Origin: an uncultured virus (IMG/VR IMGVR_UViG_3300021093_000048)
Lineage: Duplodnaviria > Heunggongvirae > Uroviricota > Caudoviricetes
Strand: one strand, 5' to 3'
Length of the DNA stretch: 20,000 nt
Virus record (IMG/VR): IMGVR_UViG_3300021093_000048
Below the pieces are notes generated by a model that was given only the letters and a program-made list of their open reading frames with translations, did no database searches and had not been told where the DNA came from. The position numbers and the translations under genes were made by a program. Position 1 is the stretch's first letter. Each line of letters starts with the position of its first letter. Positions 10,103 through 17,719 of this stretch are shown here, in pieces.

Positions 10103-10594
10103 TTAAGATCCTACTAATACGTTGATTGCTCCACCAGCAATTTTTGATAAACAAGGTGGACCTAATGGATCCGCTACTCTACACAATGGTTTGCCATTAA
10201 CCAAAACTCTTTTTTGAGTAGCAAATGCTTTTCTAATATGTGCTCCGCCGCCTGCTTTGTCTTCGACACATATGGTCTGTGTTGGACAAGGCATTGGTGG
10301 TGGAGGTGTTTGACATACTAGTGTCACCAATTGTGTGCAAGTTGGTGGATGATTTGTTAAAACATCTTGATCCAAGATTGGTACAATTCCATTTATTAAA
10401 ACATTGCAAGGTTTTACCGCCAATGGCAACTGTGGAAATGGAGGCCAAATATTAGTTGCATCCATTGCTGCTATTGGTTTTGGTGGCACTTTAATACATG
10501 GAGTGCCGCACGGGACTGCTGCATGTATTGTTGCTGGAATACATTTTCCATGTCCTGTGCAAGACCCTTTGTAAATTGCTGCTGGAAGACTCAT
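10103..10594 (-). CDS. PAAR-type spike tip protein (gp5.4-like), Cys/Pro-rich
   Basis: 163 aa with degenerate PAAR repeats: PAAIYKGSCTGHG, NVLINGIVPILDQDVLTNH and VLVNGKPLCRVADPLG...IAGGAINVLVG. Baseplate gene context. Confidence 0.85.
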   Translation of the reverse strand: MSLPAAIYKGSCTGHGKCIPATIHAAVPCGTPCIKVPPKPIAAMDATNIWPPFPQLPLAVKPCNVLINGIVPILDQDVLTNHPPTCTQLVTLVCQTPPPPMPCPTQTICVEDKAGGGAHIRKAFATQKRVLVNGKPLCRVADPLGPPCLSKIAGGAINVLVGS

Positions 10595-10610
10595 CTTACC
10601 CTATTAATTA

Positions 10611-13139
10611 CTATACGTCAAATGGATTCCCATATGCTTTAACTGCTGCACTATATATTTCCATTGAGGTGGTAAGATTATTATATACTAACATACTACC
10701 TTCTGCAGTCCATGCTTGACACCCAGTTCCATGGAGACCTGTTACAGTATATGAATATGAAGTTGTAGTTTGAGTTGTAACTCCACCTTGTGTTGATGAT
10801 GTACTACTGCTGCTCGATGCTGGAGGTCCAGGCGGAGGGCATATTATATGCCCACATCCAGTTTGTAATGGAGTGCAGCCTATTTTAATTTTAATTTTTG
10901 TCGTTTGACGACGATCTGCTCTATATTGTGTTATTAGATACTTTGTTTTTTCTGATGCCTTAGGCAAGTCAAGAAATCTTCTTTGAACTGTTTCAACTTT
11001 AACTTCTTTGTATGTTGCAAATTCTGGAATTTTTTCCTGAGTAATTGCAGACATATGATTATCTATCGCTACATTTGTTGTAGAAGAGGCAGTATCATAG
11101 GATTTGGAAAACTCAATTTCTGCTGAAGATGGATTGGTAAGATTATTAAGTACACTACCATCCATTTTATCAAAATTTTTCTTAAGTTTTTTCACCTTAT
11201 CTTCAGAAAATAATCTCTGATTTAGTTGTAATTTTCTATTTCTATTTTGATCAGCTAAGAGGACTCCATTATCAACCTCACTAACAACTTTTCTCTCTGT
11301 ATAGGAATCTTTTACTCTATCCAAAGCTGCTTTACCGTCAGGTGTTTTGAATCCAGCTTCAAACTCTGGCCAATATTCTTTTGCTGGACCACTCGTAATT
11401 TTATCTAACTGAGTAGTGATTGCTGCTTCTTCGTCAGTTTGTCCAGTATTAGTAACTTTTTCTTCTTTTTTATACCTGTTTCTGATACCAATAATAGGTG
11501 GATTTGAAGAACTATACCCAGTGCCAGGATCAGTGATTTTAAGACCTGTCAAAACACCATTTGAAAACGTGCCTTCGGCTTTTGCTTGCCTTCCAGTCGT
11601 AGTATCTGGTGGAGTTACAAACATAATTGGTGTGCCAACACCAGCTGTATTCCATCCTTCACCCCCATCAGTGATTACAGCACTACTGATTTGCCCATTT
11701 GAGACAGTAACAGTAATTTTTGGATCTTTAATTACTGAATAAATGTTTGGTGCGTCATTATTTACACTAAGAGTGGTATATTGAATCGATTTATCGGTAA
11801 ATTCATATAAACCTATCAAAGCACACCTATCTTTTATACCATATCCAGCGACTGCAGTGATAATATGATTCCTATTTGATGTATATTGAGCGTTTTTAGT
11901 GAATTCAGATCCACTACCATTAAGATATATTACATGATAGGCAAAATTTTCAGTGTCGGTATGACCAGTTTCAGTGATTACGTGCCCATTAATGGTATCT
12001 CCCTCTCTCAGAAGGTCAAATCCAACTGGAGCACCGACAGTATTGACTGGACCAAGACCAGTAATCTTAATGGAGAAGTTAAAAGTTGTGGTTGTTGAGT
12101 CTGGATGAGAGTGTACATACGTCAGTGGGAAGGTTTGATTCAAAGAATAACCTTGACCAGGTGCTAATAATTCCAAAATTTCAAATGTTGTGCCAGTAAT
12201 TACTAATGGCTCAACATCAAAGTTGATTGTTGGCTTAATACCAATCTTTACTCGGAGTCCTTGTGCTGTTGTAGTCTCAACAACAGTGTCTTCATAGATA
12301 TAAAATTGATTAACATTTGTTTCTGATGCAAACCATGGATTAAAATTGACCAAAATTGGATCTAATGATCCCGTAGTAGTGCTATCATAAGCAAGTACAT
12401 CAATATTTTGCCCTTGGGCATCATACATGAAGTTAATTTTTGTCACCCCAGTAGGAACTTCTGTAGATAAAGCGTTGTATTTGAAGATTAATTTCTTAGA
12501 ATCCGTGCCAATTCCATAGATTGTCGGATATGGGCAGTCTGGATCGCCAGTTTCATCACCACTTTCTGTAGTATAACTGCATGTCATTTTATTTGGAGTG
12601 CAGAAAAATGACGTACATTCAACGCAAATTGCTCCATCTGCCGTTGGTGCTGTTGTTGTGGATCCTCCAGGTGGATTGGTGCCTCCCGTAAAAGTCGATG
12701 ATCCTGTCCGTTGCTCATGAATCAACCAATAGCATGGATTATCAATTACCCCTGCATTTGCACCAGATTCCCAAACATATATGAACCAAGTGTCACTATC
12801 CATCCATTTGAAAGATAATCCATTTGGTGTACTGTCAAAAATCTTTTGCTGAGTATTACATACTCCCCTTACTTCCTTTCCACAAGTAGCACCTGCAAGC
12901 TCAGTTGCACCAACTGGAGATGAATATGATCTTCCAGAATTCGTAGTAACAAGTGTCCCACCATATAAAACCTGATTCTGTGGAGGTCTCCTTACGTTAC
13001 CATACGTGATTGGAGTTGGATATGTCTCGTGAATAGATAATTTTGTACGTTTTGCATCCCCTGGCACCTGAGGATCACAATGACTCGTGTCTAGAGAAAA
13101 CCCACTACATGCACTCCCATCTGTATGGCAATCAGGCAT
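10611..13139 (-). CDS. Putative virion structural protein (baseplate/hub-associated), 842 aa
   Basis: Thr/Gly/Ser-rich, with ITDGGEGW / ITDPGTGYSSSNPP / LAPGQGY repeats like those in gp7, and Cys-rich ends. Directly upstream of the PAAR gene. Confidence 0.7.
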   Translation of the reverse strand: MPDCHTDGSACSGFSLDTSHCDPQVPGDAKRTKLSIHETYPTPITYGNVRRPPQNQVLYGGTLVTTNSGRSYSSPVGATELAGATCGKEVRGVCNTQQKIFDSTPNGLSFKWMDSDTWFIYVWESGANAGVIDNPCYWLIHEQRTGSSTFTGGTNPPGGSTTTAPTADGAICVECTSFFCTPNKMTCSYTTESGDETGDPDCPYPTIYGIGTDSKKLIFKYNALSTEVPTGVTKINFMYDAQGQNIDVLAYDSTTTGSLDPILVNFNPWFASETNVNQFYIYEDTVVETTTAQGLRVKIGIKPTINFDVEPLVITGTTFEILELLAPGQGYSLNQTFPLTYVHSHPDSTTTTFNFSIKITGLGPVNTVGAPVGFDLLREGDTINGHVITETGHTDTENFAYHVIYLNGSGSEFTKNAQYTSNRNHIITAVAGYGIKDRCALIGLYEFTDKSIQYTTLSVNNDAPNIYSVIKDPKITVTVSNGQISSAVITDGGEGWNTAGVGTPIMFVTPPDTTTGRQAKAEGTFSNGVLTGLKITDPGTGYSSSNPPIIGIRNRYKKEEKVTNTGQTDEEAAITTQLDKITSGPAKEYWPEFEAGFKTPDGKAALDRVKDSYTERKVVSEVDNGVLLADQNRNRKLQLNQRLFSEDKVKKLKKNFDKMDGSVLNNLTNPSSAEIEFSKSYDTASSTTNVAIDNHMSAITQEKIPEFATYKEVKVETVQRRFLDLPKASEKTKYLITQYRADRRQTTKIKIKIGCTPLQTGCGHIICPPPGPPASSSSSTSSTQGGVTTQTTTSYSYTVTGLHGTGCQAWTAEGSMLVYNNLTTSMEIYSAAVKAYGNPFDV

Positions 13140-13437
13140 TGTCCTCTAACACTCCTAGTTTTGTGTAAATTAGATCTAAATTCTCTTTGATATTCAAATA
13201 TCCTTCCATTTCATTTTGTATATCCGTGCCTATAGGTTTGTATAGTACTTTATCAACAGACTGAATATCTTCTATGTATTCAACAACGATATTGTGTGCG
13301 GATTCTAGATCATTCAAACGCTCACCAATCTTGATAAGACATTCATTTACCGTCTTCATTGCATCATGAATGTCAGCAAATCGATTATCAACTTCCTGAA
13401 TCATTTGTTGAATAAGTTTGTTTTCCTCTTCTGTCAT
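13132..13437 (-). CDS. Hypothetical coiled-coil protein (101 aa)
   Basis: Heptad-like, acidic sequence. Overlaps the start of the 842-aa gene by 8 nt. Confidence 0.75.
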   Translation of the reverse strand: MTEEENKLIQQMIQEVDNRFADIHDAMKTVNECLIKIGERLNDLESAHNIVVEYIEDIQSVDKVLYKPIGTDIQNEMEGYLNIKENLDLIYTKLGVLEDNA

Positions 13438-13491
13438 TATATGAAATGTAAACGCGGTTTTTTGTGGTTTTCGCGGTGTGGTAGCGCGACA

Positions 13492-13659
13492 TTAATCTTC
13501 AAGTTTCTTGAGAGTAAAACTTCCAGTGACATCATCAACCTCATATTCTAAAGAATCTCCCTCTTTCCATCCAAGATCTTCACAGATTTCATCAGGAATA
13601 GGAAGAATTAACTCTCCAAACTCGTCTTCTTCGATAGTGATAGTGAATCTCTTGGACAT
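13492..13659 (-). CDS. AbrB/MazE/SpoVT-family DNA-binding protein (55 aa)
   Basis: Below the ORF-track cutoff; translated by hand as MSKRFTITIEEDEFGELILPIPDEICEDLGWKEGDSLEYEVDDVTGSFTLKKLED. The G-x-L-x-L-P-I-P-x-E-x-x-x-x-L-G-W-x-x-G-D pattern fits the swapped-hairpin AbrB fold. Confidence 0.8.
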   Translation of the reverse strand: MSKRFTITIEEDEFGELILPIPDEICEDLGWKEGDSLEYEVDDVTGSFTLKKLED

Positions 13660-13935
13660 AATTCTTATAACCTATTAACTTATGGATTATTTGTCGGATT
13701 ATTCACCTGACGAATTTTCCAGTTTATAAAAACCTCAGAGGTAAATTTTTTTCCTGGGAATTTTTTTTTATATAGGCTGGAAGGAGATTCGATTTTGATA
13801 TATCTAAGGCGTTGGGATACTTTTGTAGGTTAGGGTAGTATTCGGTTTTTAATTTAGGGGCCGCCCTAAGTATAACAAACCCCAAATTTAACTGCGATTT
13901 CGTATAATTTAGTGAGGGACATTTGACTGCCCCTC

Positions 13936-13964
13936 AGTATACCTCAGAAGTCGATCTCTGTCAA
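13936..13964 (-). promoter_or_regulatory. Near-consensus sigma70 promoter reading into the non-coding junction
   Basis: TTGACA (13964-13959), 17-nt spacer, TATACT (13941-13936). Confidence 0.75.
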
Positions 13965-14114
13965 GGTCGGAATACCCAGGACAGACTCAATCATGGGAGA
14001 CTCGATATAATCGAAGGTGCTCACATTGTCAGAGGTGAGGGCATCGAGAATCGAGAGGATATCGGTGCCAGTGCTACCCTGACGGAGCATCGAGATCATA
14101 ACAGATTTGGACAT
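13944..14114 (-). CDS. Small hypothetical early protein (56 aa)
   Basis: Hand-translated: MSKSVMISMLRQGSTGTDILSILDALTSDNVSTFDYIESPMIESVLGIPTLTEIDF. Same strand and composition as its neighbours. Confidence 0.7.
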   Translation of the reverse strand: MSKSVMISMLRQGSTGTDILSILDALTSDNVSTFDYIESPMIESVLGIPTLTEIDF

Positions 14115-14179
14115 AGGATTGTGCTGTTGAGTGTTAGTGAATGTGGGGTGAGTTTAGTGTCATCACCCAGGACAGATTG

Positions 14180-14494
14180 TCATGCCAGACGCATACCATC
14201 AAAGAAAGGAATTGCACCACCTTCCTGTTGCACAAACCACTGAAAGTTTTTCTGGAAGACTTTCTCACCAGGCAAACCATGCACAGAGAGAAGTGCATTG
14301 AGGCGGGACTTTGTGGTCACAGAATGCCATCCACCAGAGAAGAGTTGGATGAAGTCGTTACCAATGGAAGCGATGTGATTGCCGTGCAGATAGACAAACG
14401 AAACGTCGCTAATCGTCACGACTTGAGTGTTGCCAGATTTGAAATCTTTCCGATCGATGATGGCGTCATTCATCTTGGTTTCGATCTTACGCAT
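14180..14494 (-). CDS. Hypothetical phage early protein (104 aa)
   Basis: MRKIETKMNDAI...VYLHGNHIA...GGWHSVTTKSRLNALL...VFQKNFQWFV resembles a family I recall from cyanophage early regions. It lies downstream of a dyad promoter. Confidence 0.8.
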   Translation of the reverse strand: MRKIETKMNDAIIDRKDFKSGNTQVVTISDVSFVYLHGNHIASIGNDFIQLFSGGWHSVTTKSRLNALLSVHGLPGEKVFQKNFQWFVQQEGGAIPFFDGMRLA

Positions 14495-14552
14495 GAGAGG
14501 AATCTGAGAGGGTCTGTGAAGTGTTTAGGAGGTCTCTCCCCCTGATGTCCTT

Positions 14553-14611
14553 AGTATGGCACCTCTGGGGGGTCTGTGGGGGGTTTGGTGGACACTTGTC
14601 AGACTGGCACA
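14553..14611 (-). promoter_or_regulatory. Early promoter copy 1 (dyad + extended -10, no canonical -35)
   Basis: Minus strand reads TGTGCCA-GTCTGACAAG-TGTCCAC (14611-14588), then a C-rich tract, then TGC-CATACT (-10 at 14558-14553). Confidence 0.7.
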
Positions 14612-14630
14612 CCCTGACCCTGATTTCTCT

Positions 14631-14846
14631 TTACTTTCCTCCCAAAGTACTTAGTTGGTTCTCTTTAACCCTGACAGTGTTGATTGTAGAGGATCTCGGA
14701 ATGTTTGTCAAGAGGGTAATGCGATTGATGAGCATTTCTGATGGGTCTGTGAGACATTTGGAGTCCTTATCTGTGAGGGGTTGACTATCGATAGGAAACG
14801 TGCTAAGGTTGCTATTTCTCTGCACATTTCTTTCGATCAACATCAC
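14631..14846 (-). CDS. Possible hypothetical protein (71 aa)
   Basis: The ORF fills the gap between the DnaA-box-like cluster and promoter copy 1. No recognisable motif. Confidence 0.35.
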   Translation of the reverse strand: MMLIERNVQRNSNLSTFPIDSQPLTDKDSKCLTDPSEMLINRITLLTNIPRSSTINTVRVKENQLSTLGGK

Positions 14847-14858
14847 TCACCCACGTTT

Positions 14859-14928
14859 TTTTCGACATTTAATAAGTTTTCCGCAATTTCCACAATTTAT
14901 ACTTTTCTGTGGAAAAACCTGTGGAAAA
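14859..14928. repeat. Cluster of five DnaA-box-like 9-mers (TTTTCCACA type)
   Basis: Plus orientation: TTTTCGACA 14859-14867, TTTTCCGCA 14877-14885, ATTTCCACA 14886-14894. Minus orientation, exact matches: TGTGGAAAA 14908-14916 and 14920-14928. Confidence 0.6.
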
Positions 14929-15019
14929 CTATACTTAGTATCTCTCTGAGAGTGACAACAATGTAAGACCATTCTTCCTTTGGAGTTGTTACTGTAGTGA
15001 CATTACTTTTGATCTTCAT
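14897..15019 (-). CDS. Small hypothetical protein (40 aa)
   Basis: Hand-translated: MKIKSNVTTVTTPKEEWSYIVVTLREILSIVFHRFFHRKV. Its start overlaps the end of the upstream ORF. Confidence 0.5.
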   Translation of the reverse strand: MKIKSNVTTVTTPKEEWSYIVVTLREILSIVFHRFFHRKV

Positions 15020-15239
15020 GTATTACATCCTTCCAGTCTTCTGGATAACATAGCACACACACTTTCTCTTTCTTGTGTAATGCTGCTGGATCATGTCTTG
15101 CATACTCATTCACACAAATGGTGATGTAATAGTCATCAATGAAATGTACGTAACCAATCAAATGTTTCCACCTTACTTTCTCTCCTATCCGAAAAGTTGT
15201 TGTAGAGGATTGATCTTTGGTGGTTTCATTGCTGTCCAT
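15003..15239 (-). CDS. Hypothetical early protein (78 aa, start uncertain)
   Basis: FRIGEKVRWKHLIGYVHFIDDYYITICV...CVLCYPEDW looks like a small SH3-type barrel. Overlaps the upstream ORF by 55 nt. Confidence 0.65.
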   Translation of the reverse strand: MDSNETTKDQSSTTTFRIGEKVRWKHLIGYVHFIDDYYITICVNEYARHDPAALHKKEKVCVLCYPEDWKDVIHEDQK

Positions 15240-15493
15240 TTCGTTGTTAGTTTGGGGTCGATGATTGTGCCGACTGTTTTACTATTAACTGGGGAATAGA
15301 TTGCATTACTCTTCTTGTGAATGAATCCCCAGATTGTAGTTACTTGCTTTGTCGTGTAACTATACTTATCTGGGTGCCAGAGATCGACTCTCCAGAAACG
15401 TGCATTGTGCTCGCTGATGACATACCTATGATCCTGGGGTGCCTGATGAGGAAGGTCGGATACTTTCGGTTGCTCAGTATTGACTTTTCTCAT
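15185..15493 (-). CDS. Hypothetical early protein (102 aa)
   Basis: LPHQAP...TIWGFIHKK...YSPVNSKTVG...TAM resembles a family I recall from cyanophage early regions. Confidence 0.75.
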   Translation of the reverse strand: MRKVNTEQPKVSDLPHQAPQDHRYVISEHNARFWRVDLWHPDKYSYTTKQVTTIWGFIHKKSNAIYSPVNSKTVGTIIDPKLTTKWTAMKPPKINPLQQLFG

Positions 15494-15558
15494 ACAATTT
15501 GCGATCCAAATAGTCTAGATACTGATCAGAAGTTAGCAACTCTTCAACACACTGACCA

Positions 15559-15717
15559 TCAAGGAAAGTGTGATAGTTGACGCTGCAATTCGACTCGGAT
15601 TGAGATGAGTCTTTCGTAGATGAATTGTTGATAGTCATTGCCCTCAAGTAGTGAGATCAGATTGTCAATTTGTTGTAGCGCGAGAATTAACTTTGTCTGC
15701 TCATTTGTGAGTTGCAT
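15559..15717 (-). CDS. Small helical hypothetical protein (52 aa)
   Basis: Hand-translated: MQLTNEQTKLILALQQIDNLISLLEGNDYQQFIYERLISIRVELQRQLSHFP. Its start overlaps the end of the upstream ORF. Confidence 0.7.
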   Translation of the reverse strand: MQLTNEQTKLILALQQIDNLISLLEGNDYQQFIYERLISIRVELQRQLSHFP

Positions 15718-15904
15718 GATACACTAACTCCTTGAGCATTTCTTCTCCATAGACTCTACGAATGAGCGACTTGAGTGAATCTTCATCGTTTGGAATGGTG
15801 TTGAGCAGATCCTGAAAGATCGTCTCTTGAAGATCACCAAAGTCACTACCTTCGCAGACTCTTTCTGCATACAATCGTTTGAGTTGTTGTAGATAATCAT
15901 CCAT
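15701..15904 (-). CDS. Hypothetical acidic early protein (67 aa)
   Basis: ORF-track protein in a tightly packed minus-strand run. Confidence 0.7.
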   Translation of the reverse strand: MDDYLQQLKRLYAERVCEGSDFGDLQETIFQDLLNTIPNDEDSLKSLIRRVYGEEMLKELVYHATHK

Positions 15905-16010
15905 GAGATCTGACGATTGTTTTGTTGGTAGGTTTGTTGTTAAACATGACTGCGCGGATTTGTACAGTTTGCTTCCGCACCATGTTGGTTTGACGTTGTT
16001 CGCGACTCAC
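15897..16010 (-). CDS. Possible small basic protein (37 aa)
   Basis: GTG start overlaps the upstream stop (GTGA) and has GGAG upstream: MSREQRQTNMVRKQTVQIRAVMFNNKPTNKTIVRSHG. Its stop overlaps the next start. Confidence 0.4.
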   Translation of the reverse strand: MSREQRQTNMVRKQTVQIRAVMFNNKPTNKTIVRSHG

Positions 16011-16162
16011 TTAACTTCTCCTTGCATGGTTTGACCAACCCAGACAAATGCAGATCCTACATTATACCTGAAAGATGGAGAGATTAGACACAAAGCAACA
16101 ATCAGGAGAGCAAAAAGATTCATGGGATTGGGTATCTTAAAGGTGAGAGATTTGCGAGACAT
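16007..16162 (-). CDS. Small putative membrane protein (51 aa)
   Basis: Hand-translated: MSRKSLTFKIPNPMNLFALLIVALCLISPSFRYNVGSAFVWVGQTMQGEVK. Basic N-terminus followed by a hydrophobic helix. Confidence 0.65.
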   Translation of the reverse strand: MSRKSLTFKIPNPMNLFALLIVALCLISPSFRYNVGSAFVWVGQTMQGEVK

Positions 16163-16167
16163 TGTGA

Positions 16168-16362
16168 TCAGAAAGGGTTTGACCAGCGATATGCTTGAGA
16201 ATCAGAAACATAACCCTCTTTGTTGAGTGCATCCACAAAGTTTGCCCAGTATTCACGCTTTGCAATCGTGTCAGTTTTGAGTGAAGGTTGGACCAGAGTT
16301 GCAACCTTCCAGTTGTAACGAAACTGGGAGAGTGCGGACTGTTTGGTGATCGTGCGGGGCAT
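16168..16362 (-). CDS. Hypothetical early protein (64 aa)
   Basis: Start moved to ATG 16362 (AAAGGA RBS, downstream of promoter copy 2): MPRTITKQSALSQFRYNW...KREYWANFVDALNKEGYVSDSQAYRWSNPF. Confidence 0.8.
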   Translation of the reverse strand: MPRTITKQSALSQFRYNWKVATLVQPSLKTDTIAKREYWANFVDALNKEGYVSDSQAYRWSNPF

Positions 16363-16386
16363 TGTGTGTCCTTTGTTGATGTCTAT

Positions 16387-16446
16387 AGTATGGCACCGAT
16401 CAGGGGACATTGCAACCCCCTGTGTGCCACTTCCTAGACTGGCACA
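16387..16446 (-). promoter_or_regulatory. Early promoter copy 2 (perfect dyad + -35/-10)
   Basis: TGTGCCA-N10-TGGCACA (16423-16446); TTGCAA (16415-16410), 17-nt spacer, CATACT (16392-16387) with a TGn extension. Confidence 0.85.
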
Positions 16447-16631
16447 AGACCGAACCGCTCGATCATAATGTCACGAACATGTTCGCGGTCGAAACTATCA
16501 CCATCGCACCAACGTGTGCCAGGTGATGTTAAGTACTGTATGGTGGCGTCGATGATCATCTCATCTGTGGCACCCATGTTATAAATGCCACCAGGACCAT
16601 AGAATGAACGAACGTAGTTGATGAATTGCAT
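16434..16631 (-). CDS. Hypothetical early protein (65 aa)
   Basis: Start moved to ATG 16631, just after the upstream stop: MQFINYVRSFYGPGGIYNMGAT...DGDSFDREHVRDIM. Confidence 0.75.
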   Translation of the reverse strand: MQFINYVRSFYGPGGIYNMGATDEMIIDATIQYLTSPGTRWCDGDSFDREHVRDIMIERFGLVPV

Positions 16632-16633
16632 AA

Positions 16634-16792
16634 TCAGATCACAGAAACTTCGACACGCTTGAGATTCAATCCACACAGTTGATTGTAGACGCGCTTGCTG
16701 ATAGTATCGCAAGCATTTTTTAACTTAGATCGCTCGTACCAGATAGTGATACAACCGTCGAAAGTTTCAACCTGAATACGAATGTCTTTCAT
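16634..16792 (-). CDS. Small hypothetical early protein (52 aa)
   Basis: Hand-translated: MKDIRIQVETFDGCITIWYERSKLKNACDTISKRVYNQLCGLNLKRVEVSVI. It fills the gap between its neighbours. Confidence 0.75.
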   Translation of the reverse strand: MKDIRIQVETFDGCITIWYERSKLKNACDTISKRVYNQLCGLNLKRVEVSVI

Positions 16793-16799
16793 GATCAGA

Positions 16800-16967
16800 T
16801 CAGTATGCAGAAACAGTGGTGTAAAGAGTGTTGGTTGAGTTATACCAGAGATTCACATCACACTGGTATTCTTCACTCAAACTGTAGGCGATGTCGTATG
16901 CTTGATCAAGGTCAACAGTTTGATTCTCCCAGGGAGCAGCAGAGCAGCGGATGTCGATTCGAGTCAT
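16800..16967 (-). CDS. Small hypothetical early protein (55 aa)
   Basis: Start moved to ATG 16967, downstream of promoter copy 3: MTRIDIRCSAAPWENQTVDLDQAYDIAYSLSEEYQCDVNLWYNSTNTLYTTVSAY. Confidence 0.75.
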   Translation of the reverse strand: MTRIDIRCSAAPWENQTVDLDQAYDIAYSLSEEYQCDVNLWYNSTNTLYTTVSAY

Positions 16968-16991
16968 GTTTGTTTCGTTTGGTATGCAACT

Positions 16992-17052
16992 AGTATGGCA
17001 CCCCCTCGGGCATATTGCAAGGGGGGGTTGTGCCACTTTCTCAACTGTCACA
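16992..17052 (-). promoter_or_regulatory. Early promoter copy 3
   Basis: Dyad on the plus strand TGTGCCA-N10-TGTCACA (17029-17052); TTGCAA (17020-17015), 17-nt spacer, CATACT (16997-16992). Confidence 0.85.
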
Positions 17053-17272
17053 CAATGGCATAAGTATTCAACCATTGCCCAACATCTGTGCTACGATTAC
17101 ACAAACGCAGCATATCAAAGCGACGCACAGGCACTGCATAGACGTTGCCCGATGTCATTTTGACAATGACAATTCCAGTCAATGGAGACAGAATCACGGC
17201 ATCAAATGCCTTGCTTTGAGTACAATCAATCTGCACGAATACGGGCAGGTTTTCAATAATCCAGTCGAACAT
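17048..17272 (-). CDS. Hypothetical protein, possibly KTSC-like (74 aa)
   Basis: SKAFDAVILSPLTGIVIVKMTSGNVYAVPV...L...DVGQWLN parallels the KTSC pattern S-x-I...L-x-V-x-F-x-S-G-x-V-Y...S-x-G-x-F-x-N. Judged by eye only. Confidence 0.6.
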   Translation of the reverse strand: MFDWIIENLPVFVQIDCTQSKAFDAVILSPLTGIVIVKMTSGNVYAVPVRRFDMLRLCNRSTDVGQWLNTYAIV

Positions 17273-17341
17273 TTGTGGGTCAGTGATGGTGAAAGTAGTA
17301 ACGAACGAGAATTGAAGCGAAGAAGATTGTCTGTGAAAGAA

Positions 17342-17713
17342 TCACGCAATCTCCTCAAATTGCAGATCCTGAATGAGATCCATTGCAACGGTCAGAGCAT
17401 CATCAAAGGACCGCACATCCTCAGCGATACACTTAGAACAACCAGGGCGACCCGTGGTAGAGTCAGCAACCTCAAGTTGCACCCAGACGTTAAACACATC
17501 GTAGGCATCTCCTGCCATGTAAGTGTTACCATCGTACTTATCCTCTTTGATGAGAATAGGGGCACCACGTTTGGTGCTGTGCTTAATCGTGATGGTAGGA
17601 TCTTCGATCATCGTGTAGACATCGAAGGTGTCACCTTTCAGGGTGCGATTGACACAAACGAACTCAGCGGAGAGATCGTTACCAGTTTGGAATTGGGTTG
17701 CTTTGTTTTTCAT
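17342..17713 (-). CDS. Hypothetical early protein (123 aa), probably leaderless
   Basis: The track start (17746) falls inside promoter copy 4. ATG 17713 begins 6 nt after the -10 box. Confidence 0.7.
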   Translation of the reverse strand: MKNKATQFQTGNDLSAEFVCVNRTLKGDTFDVYTMIEDPTITIKHSTKRGAPILIKEDKYDGNTYMAGDAYDVFNVWVQLEVADSTTGRPGCSKCIAEDVRSFDDALTVAMDLIQDLQFEEIA

Positions 17714-17719
17714 GCTCTT

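Noticed and set aside
10233..10448. Alternate-frame minus-strand ORF nested in the PAAR gene (likewise 17194-17388 and 18600-18902)
   Set aside because: They overlap well-supported genes and have no motif or RBS support.
13828..13870. TTAGGG telomere-like hexamers
   Set aside because: The copies are isolated rather than tandem, and two of them are the arms of one hairpin.
14566..14591. Possible G-quadruplex on the template strand of promoter copy 1
   Set aside because: There are only two long G-runs plus GG pairs, and similar G/C runs flank the other promoters, so this is not independently supported.
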